DNA of 64,000 bases from an uncultured Methanosarcinaceae archaeon. GTDB taxonomy: Archaea > Halobacteriota > Methanosarcinia > Methanosarcinales > Methanosarcinaceae. Below are positions 1 to 10,744 of this stretch, piece by piece (the first letter of the stretch is position 1; each line of letters opens with the position of its first letter). The stretch spans positions 576,001 through 640,000 of the forward strand of contig CAWJYV010000008.1 of assembly GCA_963847185.1 (NCBI GenBank), in the 5' to 3' direction. The notes beneath the pieces are model-generated. The model did not search any database and was not told the origin of the DNA. It saw only the letters and a list, made by a program, of their open reading frames with translations. Position numbers and translations under genes: made by a program.

Positions 1-616
1 TGACAACGGTACAGGAAGAAACAGGATGTGAAGAACTCCTGGACAAACCGGAGCAAATTCGGAACTCGATCGAAAGATTGAAGCTCCTCAAAGAGATGTT
101 CACTGAAGAGCTCAAACTCCATGGTTGGTACTACTGATAATCATTTATTCAAGCATATAGCAGACTTCCTTCATGCAAACTCTTTAAATATATAGCAAAA
201 TTTATAATACAGGTTATCCTTAGTAAGACAGCAAAGGGTTATATACAGGGAAATGGGTTTACAGAATGAACATTCAAGCGACTAACTATTTAGTCTGCTG
301 ATTTAGTCTGCCTGTATCACAGGGAAGAATTCAAGAAAGCTTCCGAAACTTATCCAAGAAAATCACATTTTTTGCTGCATAAGTTCTACATCTGTCGGTT
401 ATGAATTTCCCTGGTCCTTAGGCACCTTTTCGCATCCCCGGGGATATTAACCATTTATACGGCGTGTTTACCTGTTTTAGCTGGTATCATGTATCGATTT
501 TGATAAGTGGCCTTTTCCATAAAGGAAACTGCCGGGTATGCGGCAGAGAGTATATAAACAGCAGGTCTGCAATTCGCACGACCTGAAGAAAGTAATGTTA
601 ACACTAGAGTGAGTAC

Positions 617-2344
617 ATGGAAAAATTAGCAAAATTCAAAGCACTTGGGCTCTCAGACAGCACATTGAAAGCCCTCAAAAAGAAAGGGTTTGAAGAACCA
701 ACCCCAATTCAGGAAAAGGTCATTCCGCTTTTTTTGAAAGGAGAATGCGACATTATAGGGCAGGCTCAGACCGGAACAGGGAAAACGACCGCTTTCGGAG
801 CCCCAATAATAGAGAGGATTCCTGAAAAATCAGGAAAGGTACAGGCAATAGTCCTGACTCCTACCCGTGAACTGGCAATTCAGGTTTCAGAAGAGCTCAA
901 CTCTTTGAAAGGAGACAAAAAGCTGCACATAGTCCCCATCTACGGGGGACAGTCCATGACCCAGCAGCTTAGAGCACTAAAAAGCGGAGTGGACATTGTT
1001 GTCGGAACTCCCGGAAGGGTTATCGACCACATTGAAAGGAAGAGCTTAAACCTCGGAAATATTGCGTATTTCGTGTTGGACGAAGCCGACGAAATGCTGA
1101 ACATGGGTTTCATAGACGACATAAAGGAAATTTTAAAGGCAACTGGCCCTGATAAAAGAATGCTTTTCTTTTCAGCAACAATGCCAAAAGCAATCCTTGG
1201 AATCGTCAAGAAGTATATGAAAAACTATGAGCACGTTACCATAGAAAAAGAGGAACTTATTGCAGAACTAACTGAACAGATCTACTTCGAAGTTAGGGAA
1301 AGCGATAAATTCGAAGCCCTCTGCAGGATTATAGATATTGAGGATGAATTCTATGGGCTCGTGTTCTGCCGGACAAAAATAGACACCAGCCAGCTTGCCC
1401 AGAAGCTTGGAGACCGCGGGTATTTAGCCGATGCCCTTCACGGCGATCTCTCCCAGAATGAGAGGGAAAAAATCCTCAACAAGTTCAGGAAACAGAAGAT
1501 AAATATCCTGGCAGCAACTGATGTTGCGGCAAGAGGTATAGATATCATGGATCTTACCCATGTTATCAACTATACTCTTCCTCAGGACCCTGAATCCTAC
1601 GTTCATAGGATTGGAAGGACAGGAAGAGCAGGCAAACAGGGAACTGCTGTTACCTTTGTTACATCCTCGGAATACAGGCGGCTCACCTACATAAAAAAGA
1701 CTTCAAACTCAGAAATGAAGAAAGGAAAGCTGCCTGAAATAAAAGATGTGATAAAAGCCAAAAGGACAAGAGTGAAAGCAGAACTCGAATCCACAATAAA
1801 AGCAGAAGAATACGGGGACTGCCTTGAGATGAGCGAAAAACTCCTCGAAGAATTCCCCGCAGAAAAAATCCTGGCTGCTCTCCTGAAATACGCTTTCAAG
1901 GAAATGTTCGACGAAAGCATATATGGAGAGATTTCATCCAGTTCCAGCAGTTCATATGTCGACAGAACAGGCAAAACCAGGCTATTCATTGCCATGGGAA
2001 AAGTCGACGGCATGACCCCTGACAAGTTGGGCGAGTTCATCCAGGAAGAAACAGGAGACAGCGAACTGAAAATAAAGGACGCGGAAATTTTCCCCCACTT
2101 CTCCTTCGTAACCGTCCCCTTTGCCCAGGCCGAAGCCCTGCTCGAAATCTTCAAAAACAAAAAGAGAGGAAGGAAACCCTTTGTAGAGCTTGCCCAGAAA
2201 TCCAAGGGAAGAAGCTCAAAGAGTTCCGAAGATTCTCGCGGTGACAACCGTAGAGACAACCGCAGAGATTATCGCGCGGACAGCTCAGGTAGCACGAAAA
2301 ACACAAGAAATACAAGAAGTACAAGAAGAAAAGATTCTTCTTAA
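617..2344 (+). CDS. deaD: DEAD-box RNA helicase (DeaD/CsdA type, C-terminal DbpA-like RNA-binding domain)
   Basis: Q motif, AQTGTGKT, PTRELA, DEAD, SAT, ARGID, HRIGRTGRAG; Arg/Ser-rich tail. Confidence 0.93.
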   Translation: MEKLAKFKALGLSDSTLKALKKKGFEEPTPIQEKVIPLFLKGECDIIGQAQTGTGKTTAFGAPIIERIPEKSGKVQAIVLTPTRELAIQVSEELNSLKGDKKLHIVPIYGGQSMTQQLRALKSGVDIVVGTPGRVIDHIERKSLNLGNIAYFVLDEADEMLNMGFIDDIKEILKATGPDKRMLFFSATMPKAILGIVKKYMKNYEHVTIEKEELIAELTEQIYFEVRESDKFEALCRIIDIEDEFYGLVFCRTKIDTSQLAQKLGDRGYLADALHGDLSQNEREKILNKFRKQKINILAATDVAARGIDIMDLTHVINYTLPQDPESYVHRIGRTGRAGKQGTAVTFVTSSEYRRLTYIKKTSNSEMKKGKLPEIKDVIKAKRTRVKAELESTIKAEEYGDCLEMSEKLLEEFPAEKILAALLKYAFKEMFDESIYGEISSSSSSSYVDRTGKTRLFIAMGKVDGMTPDKLGEFIQEETGDSELKIKDAEIFPHFSFVTVPFAQAEALLEIFKNKKRGRKPFVELAQKSKGRSSKSSEDSRGDNRRDNRRDYRADSSGSTKNTRNTRSTRRKDSS

Positions 2345-2400
2345 ATTTCTTATTTTATTTCCCTTCTTTAATTACTTTATTTTCAATTCCTTTTTTCAGG
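2345..2400 (+). terminator. oligo-T archaeal terminator tract
   Basis: Dense T runs directly after the helicase stop, between convergent genes. Confidence 0.5.
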
Positions 2401-2480
2401 ATTTATGGGGCTTTAAGTTTCAGAAATTCCAGTAAATAAAGACTATAAACTTAATATTGCTAAATGAGAGACTCAATTAC

Positions 2481-2843
2481 TTATTTCCCAAAAAACGTTT
2501 TTAGTCCTATTAGAATAACAAATATTCCAAAAGTTTTTCTCATTACATCAATCGGAAGCGTATTTGCGAATTGTGCCCCGAATTTAGCACCAATAACCAT
2601 TGCAAGGCAAATAATTATGCCCGCATATAAATCGACATTTCCTCTTTTATAGTATTCAAGAAATGCAAGTATGCCAACAGGTGGAAGCAGCGCAACCAGA
2701 GAAGTCCCCTGGGCTTTCAGCTGGGAAAATCCTTCTAAAAACACTAATGCAGGGATGATTATAACCCCGCCTCCAATTCCAAATAATCCACTTAAAACAC
2801 CTGCGACAATACCAATTATTAAATAAATTATTATATTGTTCAT
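2481..2843 (-). CDS. TauE/SafE (DUF81) family membrane protein, single repeat
   Basis: GxxAGxLSGLFGIGGG and AQGTSL motifs; hydrophobic 120 aa. Confidence 0.85.
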   Translation of the reverse strand: MNNIIIYLIIGIVAGVLSGLFGIGGGVIIIPALVFLEGFSQLKAQGTSLVALLPPVGILAFLEYYKRGNVDLYAGIIICLAMVIGAKFGAQFANTLPIDVMRKTFGIFVILIGLKTFFGK

Positions 2844-2879
2844 AAAGTTACATACTCCAGATATATTTTGGAAATACGG

Positions 2880-3581
2880 TTATTTGATACAGTAAAAGCC
2901 AGCCTGCAGGTAAGAGTACCAGAATAACTCCACTGTCCTGAATCCTGTTTCCCTAAGCAGTTTCAGATGCTCTTCTACAGTTATTGGAAAATATTCGGTA
3001 TCGAAACGCTTCAGATGTTCTTTTACTTCTTCCTCTGTCCTGCCATGAGTTAATTGAAACCTGCTCCAGTACCGCTTTCCTACTTCGGTTCCTTCTTCTG
3101 TTAGCGGCCTGATGTTCTCGAAGGTAATGTAAACTCCACCTTCTTTCAGCAGATTGTAACACATGGCAGTAGCTCTTGCTCTTCCCTCGCGGTCAAGGTA
3201 GTGATGGCACTGTATAGCTGTGATAATATCCGGTTTTTCTTCCAGCTCCTGAGAGAAGTCCTGTGTAGGGGAAGCTTTCAGAAATTCCAGCTTTCCAGCA
3301 GTGTAAGAAGATAGTTTTTTCGTTGCCTGATCAAGCATACCCTCCGAAGGGTCAAGCAAAAGGAACTTTGTATCGGGAAACTCTTCACTGGCCTTACTAA
3401 CCAGAGAACCAGTTCCGCATCCCGTATCCATCCATAATTTAGGGCTGAATGGAAACGATTTAACAAAATTGATAGTTTCCTGATGAAAAGACAAGTAGTA
3501 AGGAAGAACACTGTATATACGGGCATCGTAATCCTCAGGAAGATGAGGAGTAGCATTTTGAGCAGGTTTAGAAGAAGTCAT
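2880..3581 (-). CDS. class I SAM-dependent methyltransferase
   Basis: DTGCGTG motif I, DPSEGML, L..GG motif. Confidence 0.88.
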   Translation of the reverse strand: MTSSKPAQNATPHLPEDYDARIYSVLPYYLSFHQETINFVKSFPFSPKLWMDTGCGTGSLVSKASEEFPDTKFLLLDPSEGMLDQATKKLSSYTAGKLEFLKASPTQDFSQELEEKPDIITAIQCHHYLDREGRARATAMCYNLLKEGGVYITFENIRPLTEEGTEVGKRYWSRFQLTHGRTEEEVKEHLKRFDTEYFPITVEEHLKLLRETGFRTVELFWYSYLQAGFYCIK

Positions 3582-3968
3582 AAAGAAAGATCCTCTTAAC
3601 TAATTATCTGATGAAGCTATTTCTCTTTTTTCCACAGTTTAAAGTTATAATTACATTCTCTCAAAGATACATCCATTTTTTCTCCCATCTCCTTAAGGCT
3701 ATAAAAACTATACATCATTTAATATGTAACTGTTTGCAATTTGGGCCGGCCGCAGACATAAACGATTTTATGAAAAGTTAGAGAAGATAACTTGGGAGTG
3801 ATATCACTATTTCAATACAACAGTGGTACCTATCTAAAAACTTCTCAATTATTCAGGCTTTTTTTCTGCTTAGAAATTAACTTTCTGACGTTTAACCGTC
3901 CACTGAAAACAAGTCATCTTATTCAGAAACATTGTACTGAAAAGCCGAAAAATTAAAATCAAAAGAAC

Positions 3969-5321
3969 TCATTTTTGAGGCTTGATTATCACTTTTGTAT
4001 ATCCATTCGCACGTTGGTCAAACTCTCTATAAGCTTCAGGTGCTTCTTCCAGGGAGATTGTGTGGCTTATAATAAAGCTGGGCTTTGCTATTCCGGCAAT
4101 TATCATATCTCTAAGCATAAAAACGATGTGCTTTACTGGTGTCTGGCCCGTTCCAACGCTTATGCCCTTTTCCCAAAGATTTCCAAAAGGAAGCATATAT
4201 TCTCCTTTCTTAGCATGTTCATCAATTCCTCCAGGATCATCCGACGTAAAGACTCCAATAACACCGAGATGCCCGGTTGGATTGATTAATCTTATCAGGT
4301 CATTTATCACCTGGGTGGGGTTTTCTTTCGAAGGGTTATTCCTGTCCCTGGCCTGATAGCCGACTGCATCTATGCCGCACATAACTCCTTTCATTTTATC
4401 CTCGCCTGGAAGTAGCGATTCCAAATTTGCCGGGTTAGAAGCCCTTAACATTTCGATCATAGCTACCGGGTCGCTCTTGGTAACGTTGATATCGGTACCT
4501 ATGCTCTTGGCCATATTTTCTACAGCGGACAAAATTTCATGCATTTTTTTCTCTTTTGGCAATAAAGTATCTACAGCTGAATATTGAGATCTTAATGCCT
4601 CGATCATAGCTACCGGATCACTCATGGTAAAATCAATGGGGATGGCACCGATATTTTTTGCCAGTTCTAACCTTTCAGAGATATAGTCGACCACAAATAC
4701 CTGGGATGCCCCTTGCAGGAGTGCGGAATAAGCTGCAAGCAAACCTACAGGGCCCGCGCCGAAAACAGCTACAGGTAGTCCCGGCTGTACCATTGCCAGC
4801 TGCGTGGCGAAGAAGCCTGTGGGAAATATATCAGCTAGCAGGACAAAATCATCTTCCCATTTATCTCCAGGCAATCCCGGAAGTTTAGTACAGTTAAGAT
4901 CGGCAAAAGGTACCCTCAGCATCTCAGCCTGTGCGCCTTTATATGGGCCCATTTTGGCATATCCAAAAGCTCCGCCTGCTATTTCAGGATTAACCGTCAG
5001 GCAAGCGCTGGTAAATCCCCGAACACAGTTCATACAATGCCCGCAGGCAACATTGAAAGTAACAACCACACGGTCTCCTTTCTTAAAAGAAGTTACGGCG
5101 TCTCCAACTTCTTCTATTATTCCCATGGGTTCGTGTCCCAATACTATGCCTGGTTTTGCAACTGTTCTTCCTTCATACATATGAAGGTCACTTCCGCAGA
5201 CAGCAGTCGAAGTAAGCCTAATTATGGCATCACTAGGATGTTCTATCTTTGGATCTGCTACTTCTTCCACAGCAACTTTTTTTGGCCCCTTATAAACAAT
5301 GGCTCTAATAAAACCACCCAC
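3969..5321 (-). CDS. glutathione-independent formaldehyde dehydrogenase-like Zn-dependent MDR with internal duplication
   Basis: CGSDLH, GHE, CGHCMNCxxxxxxxC structural Zn site, LADIFPTG, GAGPVG, IDAVG. Confidence 0.88.
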   Translation of the reverse strand: MGGFIRAIVYKGPKKVAVEEVADPKIEHPSDAIIRLTSTAVCGSDLHMYEGRTVAKPGIVLGHEPMGIIEEVGDAVTSFKKGDRVVVTFNVACGHCMNCVRGFTSACLTVNPEIAGGAFGYAKMGPYKGAQAEMLRVPFADLNCTKLPGLPGDKWEDDFVLLADIFPTGFFATQLAMVQPGLPVAVFGAGPVGLLAAYSALLQGASQVFVVDYISERLELAKNIGAIPIDFTMSDPVAMIEALRSQYSAVDTLLPKEKKMHEILSAVENMAKSIGTDINVTKSDPVAMIEMLRASNPANLESLLPGEDKMKGVMCGIDAVGYQARDRNNPSKENPTQVINDLIRLINPTGHLGVIGVFTSDDPGGIDEHAKKGEYMLPFGNLWEKGISVGTGQTPVKHIVFMLRDMIIAGIAKPSFIISHTISLEEAPEAYREFDQRANGYTKVIIKPQK

Positions 5322-5761
5322 AACTTGAGAACTTACTCTGCATTAATACCTTTTTTCAGCAAAGAGTAGCCCTTCTTTCTATTTTTATAATAATTATGTG
5401 TATAAAATACATAAATCCATATATCACTTACAGAATTAAATATAAGGATCTCAAATTAGGTTTTCTTAATAAAGAGTGAATTATCAAAAAAATAGAGCTT
5501 CTGATCATCAACTTAATCCAGACAGAGTAAACCATAGTTATAACAACAGTGTGTGAATCCATTCGTTTAGAAAATCAATATTTATCAGTTCTGAATGGCC
5601 ATTTCAAATTGTCTTGAAATAGATATATATTTAATAATTTCAGGTATTATTGTTTTATCATACTTTATATCCCGAAATTATTTTTTAGTTTTAAGTATAA
5701 AATTTAGAAATGAAAATCTATCAGAAGACTTTCCAGAAGCAAAAAAGGAGTTATTTTCGTT

Positions 5762-7690
5762 ATGCATTACAGCCTTGGAATTGATGCTGGAGGCACCTAC
5801 ACTGATGCAGTACTCATTAGAGATTCGGACGGCGCCATAGTAGATTCAAATAAAGCACTAACTACCTATCCCGATCCGCTTGAAGGCATCAAAAAAGTAA
5901 TAGATAGTCTCAATACAGAATATTTAGAAAATGTAAGGTTGATTTCGGTTTCAACGACCCTTTCAACCAATACTATCCTTGAAGGTACAGGCTTTCCCGT
6001 AGCCCTGATTCTTATAGGAGACCACCCTCTAGAAAAAGAATTGCCAACCCGACATGTGCTTTTCGCATCAGGTGGACATAATCATAATGGGGAAGAAGTT
6101 GCTCCTCTTGATCTTATGGCTATTGAGAAATTTGCCCTGCAGGTAAAAAATAAGGTTTCAGCCTTTGCCATATCATCATACTTCAGCACAAGAAATCCTG
6201 AACATGAAATTAAAGCAAGAGACAGAATTCTTGAACTTACCGGGCTTCCTGCTGTTTGCGGCCATGAGCTTTCTCAACAACTTGGAGCTTACGAGAGAGC
6301 AGTAACGGCTTTCCTCAATGCCCAGTTGATTCCTATAACAAGGCAGTTCGTGCAGTCTATAATTTCGGATATCACTAAACGTGGAATCAATGCCCGGCTC
6401 CTTATGCTCAAATGCGACGGATCGGTGGTAGGGATAAAAGATGCCCTGAAAAAACCGATAGAAACTATCTTTTCCGGCCCTGCAGCAAGCCTCGTGGGAG
6501 CCTCTTACCTATCAGGGTTAAAGACCTGTGCGGTTGTGGATGTAGGGGGCACAAGTACGGATATCTCCTCTATCTGTATGGGCGTTCCTGACCTGAGCGA
6601 GGAAGGAGCTGTAGTAGGAGGCTGGAAAACCCGCGTTCGGGCAATACGTATGGAGACAACGGCTACAGGTGGGGACAGCCATATCTGGACAGTGAATAGA
6701 GAGCTTTTCCTTGGGCCAAGACGAGTTATTCCTCTGGCAGTAGCTGCAGTGAAGTACCCGGGATTTCTGAATGACCTCAAAAGAAATTCCATGCCTCTAA
6801 GAGAAGACCTTTGTGAAAACATTCAGCCCACTAAATTTTTCGTAAGATCAGGCTACCCGGCAGGCGAACTGAGTAAAGCCGAAGCTGAAGTGCTGGAGGT
6901 AATAGGAGAAAAACCCGTTTCTGTGTTTGAAATTTCATCCCTTATAAGAAAAGACCTTCACCCTCAGACTCTTGACTCTCTTATTAAAAAACGCCTTGTG
7001 CAGGCAATAGGATTTACACCTACCGATGCTTTGCATGTGCTCGGAGAATACGCAGCCTGGAATGAAGAAGCTTCCCGTATCGGTGCTGAAAGGCTTGCAA
7101 GACTCATGCGCATGACGCCTGGAGAATTCTGCATTGCAGTAAAAAAGAAGGTTGCCAGGAATATGGCACTTCACCTGCTCTCGTATATTCTGGCAGGCAT
7201 TCCTGAAGACGCTATTGCAAAAATTCTTGATGGAAATTATCCTGCGAAATTCAAGCTTGGAATCCCGGTTGTACTGCTTGGAGGACCTGTTAGGGCTCAC
7301 AGAAAAGAACTTGAAGAATTGATAGATGCAGAAATCCTTGTCCCTGAATATGCCGAAGTAGGAAATGCCGTGGGGGCGCTTGTAGGAAAAGGCATCAAAA
7401 GAGTTGAAATCCTTATAAGGCCGGCAAGCCTCATGTCTCCGGATAAAGATTTCCTTGTCTTTGCACCGGGCAGCAGACTGAAATTTGAGACTTATTCCGA
7501 AGCTCTGGAAACAGCAACGGAAACTGGAAAAAAGCTTGTTTCCGCTTACATGAAAGACTGCGGTCTCAGCGGAGACCAGGTAGAAATCTCAGTTGAGAGA
7601 AAGACTATCTCTCCTGATGGCTGGAACCATCCCCCAATGGAAACAAATCTGCTGGTGATGGGAGTAGGGATAAGGGAACTGCATGTTTGA
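5762..7690 (+). CDS. hydantoinase/oxoprolinase A family protein
   Basis: GIDAGGTYTD, STTLSTN, SGPAAS, DVGGTSTD, GNAVGA. Confidence 0.88.
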   Translation: MHYSLGIDAGGTYTDAVLIRDSDGAIVDSNKALTTYPDPLEGIKKVIDSLNTEYLENVRLISVSTTLSTNTILEGTGFPVALILIGDHPLEKELPTRHVLFASGGHNHNGEEVAPLDLMAIEKFALQVKNKVSAFAISSYFSTRNPEHEIKARDRILELTGLPAVCGHELSQQLGAYERAVTAFLNAQLIPITRQFVQSIISDITKRGINARLLMLKCDGSVVGIKDALKKPIETIFSGPAASLVGASYLSGLKTCAVVDVGGTSTDISSICMGVPDLSEEGAVVGGWKTRVRAIRMETTATGGDSHIWTVNRELFLGPRRVIPLAVAAVKYPGFLNDLKRNSMPLREDLCENIQPTKFFVRSGYPAGELSKAEAEVLEVIGEKPVSVFEISSLIRKDLHPQTLDSLIKKRLVQAIGFTPTDALHVLGEYAAWNEEASRIGAERLARLMRMTPGEFCIAVKKKVARNMALHLLSYILAGIPEDAIAKILDGNYPAKFKLGIPVVLLGGPVRAHRKELEELIDAEILVPEYAEVGNAVGALVGKGIKRVEILIRPASLMSPDKDFLVFAPGSRLKFETYSEALETATETGKKLVSAYMKDCGLSGDQVEISVERKTISPDGWNHPPMETNLLVMGVGIRELHV

Positions 7691-7785
7691 GAACTGAAAG
7701 GGAAGAAGAAAAAAGGAAAACAAAGAAAAAGGAAAGGGAAAAAGAAAAGAGGAAAAGAAATAACCTGTCAGAGGGGAAGAAAATC

Positions 7786-8487
7786 ATGAAACTCCTGTTG
7801 ATTGCCGACATCCACGGAAACTATGAAGCCCTGAAAACTGTTCTTGAAGTTCCTCACGACCGATCTATCTGTCTCGGAGATATTGTTGATTATGGGCCTG
7901 ATCCGGATAAATGCATTGACCTCCTGCGTAAACGGGCAATTCCTACAATAAGGGGAAATCACGATAATGCAGTTGCTTTTAAGGCGGACTGCCAGTGCGG
8001 ATATAAATATAAGCATCTATCAGTTGCAACACGGGAATACACCTGGAATATTCTTGATAGAACCAGGATGGAGTATCTGCAGAAGCTCCCTTTCCTGATC
8101 AGAGAAGAAATTGATGGAAAAAGACTTTATCTGACTCATGCAAGTCCCCGCTCCATGTTCGAATACATAAAACCCGAAACTCCGGATGAAGATATTCAAA
8201 ATATGATAAATGAAGCAATGGAGCCCATGGAAGCAGAATTTCTCGTAATTGGGCATTCCCATATCCCCATGAACAGAAAACTCGGAAATCTGACAATAAT
8301 AAACCCAGGTTCGGTAGGACAACCGAGAGATGGAGATAACAGAGCAAGCTGTGCTGTATTTGATACAGAAAAAGGAAAAATAGAACACTTCCGCCTTGAT
8401 TATGACATTGATTCTGTCTGCGCAAAGATAAAAGAAAGAATGTCGCATGCAGAAGAACTGATAGCTATTCTCAGACGGGGATACTGA
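7786..8487 (+). CDS. metallophosphoesterase (YfcE-like)
   Basis: DIHGN, GDIVDYG, GNHD, GHSH, NPGSVGQPRD; start moved to ATG 7786 after GAGGGG RBS. Confidence 0.88.
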   Translation: MKLLLIADIHGNYEALKTVLEVPHDRSICLGDIVDYGPDPDKCIDLLRKRAIPTIRGNHDNAVAFKADCQCGYKYKHLSVATREYTWNILDRTRMEYLQKLPFLIREEIDGKRLYLTHASPRSMFEYIKPETPDEDIQNMINEAMEPMEAEFLVIGHSHIPMNRKLGNLTIINPGSVGQPRDGDNRASCAVFDTEKGKIEHFRLDYDIDSVCAKIKERMSHAEELIAILRRGY

Positions 8488-8572
8488 GAGAATTAAAAAA
8501 TAATAAGTAGATAAGCGATAGTAGGAGAAGAAAATAAAAAAAGTAGTAAAAGAAACTGGATAGATGATTGAT

Positions 8573-8971
8573 TCAGGCTTCTTTTATTGCACGTATAATT
8601 TTGTCTATATACTCAGGTTTCACATCCGAAGGCATGGTTTTTTCAATCCCTAGTTCCGTGACCATCATATAGATATCTGCCTTGAGACCGGCTTCTTCAA
8701 GTTTTTTTGTCGCACATTGATCCGTGCAGCCGTCAAGAGCTAAAATTCTAAAGCCATCTGATATTGCATCTTCTACAGAATCAATTCCTTTGTGAGCAGC
8801 TGCAATCCTGTACATATCCGGCCTCCTGAAAGCAAGAACTGAAGCCGCCTGCATTGTAAGTTTTCCAGTATTTGAAAGACCTGAACAGGCGAAAATAAGG
8901 GTATTTTTCCTTTTTCCTGGGGCAGATTCTTTTTCTTTTTCCTTTTGAGGCAAAATATCTGTGTTTTCCAT
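8573..8971 (-). CDS. DGC-domain putative zinc-binding protein
   Basis: ACSGLSNTG and LDGCxxxC motifs. Confidence 0.75.
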   Translation of the reverse strand: MENTDILPQKEKEKESAPGKRKNTLIFACSGLSNTGKLTMQAASVLAFRRPDMYRIAAAHKGIDSVEDAISDGFRILALDGCTDQCATKKLEEAGLKADIYMMVTELGIEKTMPSDVKPEYIDKIIRAIKEA

Positions 8972-9138
8972 TCTCGCATATCCTGCTTATATTTCAACCT
9001 TAATTAGAGAATTTCAAAAAAGATTGAAATCAAAATTTACACATGACCTGATATAAATTTCGGTATTTTCCATTTAGAGAGATACAACTTATCTGACAGG
9101 GAATATGCTAAAAAAGCAGAATAAACTGAAAAAATAAA

Positions 9139-9639
9139 TCAGCATATTTGAAGTTCCGTAATTTCGACATTAAGGTTTGCAGCCTCAAGAATTGCGACAG
9201 TCGCTTTTCCGGAAAGAACCCCTGAGCATTCTCCGGGATTTATTACAGGCGTTCCCTCGATTATTTTGACACCCGGATCATGAGAATGTCCCCGGATTAC
9301 CACATCAAACTCCCCTGACTTAGCAAGAGCTTTGACCAGAGCTTCATCTGTTCCATGCAGCAGAGCGATATGTAGCCCGTCAATTATCAGGTCCCCAAAA
9401 TCTCCGCAAACAGTAGCCCCGATTTCCTCAAACCTCTTTGTAAGCGTTAGTTTGTCTCCGTCGTTGTTTCCGAATACAAAGTAAAATTTTGGTTTTAATT
9501 CCTTAAAAGCCCTTGCAGTGAAAGGAGAGATAAGATCTCCTGCGTGCAGTACAGCTTTTACCTCTTTCTCGTTAAAGAATTCTACAGCTTTCCGGATAGC
9601 GTTCATGTTGTCATGTGAGTCCGAAAGAATCCCAATCAA
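9139..9639 (-). CDS. metallophosphoesterase (MJ0936/YfcE family)
   Basis: SDSHDN, HAGD, GNND, HG, GHSH, NPGE. Confidence 0.88.
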   Translation of the reverse strand: MIGILSDSHDNMNAIRKAVEFFNEKEVKAVLHAGDLISPFTARAFKELKPKFYFVFGNNDGDKLTLTKRFEEIGATVCGDFGDLIIDGLHIALLHGTDEALVKALAKSGEFDVVIRGHSHDPGVKIIEGTPVINPGECSGVLSGKATVAILEAANLNVEITELQIC

Positions 9640-9971
9640 GTAATACCACCTCTTCTGAAGATTAGATTTCCCGCTAAAATTTCCTGCTAATATATACTCA
9701 GGTTTTCTTGAAAAGGAATTCGCTAAAAAGGTTCTCTGCGACTTCTTTCAAATGAAAATTTTTGTAAATTGGCTGAAAAGAGCTACTTTTAAATAGAGGT
9801 TACTATATTATTGGAATAATCTCTGAAGAATATTGCAGGAATACCAGAAGCATACCCACAGAAGAATTTCCTGTAAAAATTGAGTAACAGATTGAAACAG
9901 TAAAGTAATAGTGAGTTTAAACCGCATTTTCAAACAAGATTAAAATAGCAACTTTAAACAGGGAATCAAAA

Positions 9972-10667
9972 ATGAAAGCTATAACCCTTCTGAGCAGCGG
10001 GCTTGATTCGGTTGCAGCACTTGCAATTGCAGCCAAAGAGCTTGAGATTGAGATGGCAATCACCTTTGATTACGGACAGAGGGCCGTGAAGAGGGAAATA
10101 GAATATTCCCAAAAGGTGTGCGAATACTTCTGGATAGAACACAGGATCATTAAACTGGACTGGCTTTCGGAAATAACTTCCACCTCTCTGGTTAACAGGG
10201 ATGCCGATGTCCCTTCCCTCTCTTTTGAAGATATTGATGAAACAGCTCCTGCAGAAATTACAGCTGAATCGGCAAAGGCTGTCTGGGTCCCAAACAGAAA
10301 TGGAGTAATGCTCAATATCGCAGGAAGTTTTGCCGAAAGCAGAGAATGTGATTATCTCATAGTGGGTTTTAACGGAGAAGAAGCCGGAACTTTCCCTGAC
10401 AATTCCCTGGAATACGTGCAGGCAATGGACAGGGCCTTTTCCTACTCTACTCAGAACAAAGTCAAGGTACTGGCACCTCTGATCGAATTCGGAAAAACCG
10501 AAATCGTCAGAAAGGCCATGGAAGTAAAAGCTCCTCTGGAATACAGCTGGAGCTGTTACCATGGAGAAGAGATCCCTTGCGGGGAGTGTGAAAGCTGCAG
10601 ACGCAGAGCGCGTGCTTTCAAAAATGTAGGCGTAAAAGATCCTCTTCTGGAAAGGCTTGGAATTTGA
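9972..10667 (+). CDS. queC: 7-cyano-7-deazaguanine synthase
   Basis: SSGLDS PP-loop, FDYGQR, VPNRN, SCY...CGECESC. Confidence 0.93.
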   Translation: MKAITLLSSGLDSVAALAIAAKELEIEMAITFDYGQRAVKREIEYSQKVCEYFWIEHRIIKLDWLSEITSTSLVNRDADVPSLSFEDIDETAPAEITAESAKAVWVPNRNGVMLNIAGSFAESRECDYLIVGFNGEEAGTFPDNSLEYVQAMDRAFSYSTQNKVKVLAPLIEFGKTEIVRKAMEVKAPLEYSWSCYHGEEIPCGECESCRRRARAFKNVGVKDPLLERLGI

Positions 10668-10744
10668 GCTAAAAAATCTGAAAAAAATGAGAAATAAAAG
10701 CCGAACAGAATTCGAAAATGAAGGCTTTGAAAAAAGAGTTGTGG

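Noticed and set aside
1-137. Partial CDS at the window edge (plus frame ending LKLHGWYY, reminiscent of beta-carbonic anhydrase, or a minus frame starting at ATG 122)
   Set aside because: Both strands are open and too short to choose strand or product
7687-7785. Lys/Glu/Arg-rich N-terminal extension of the phosphoesterase
   Set aside because: Translation of a purine-rich spacer; RBS and family start point to ATG 7786
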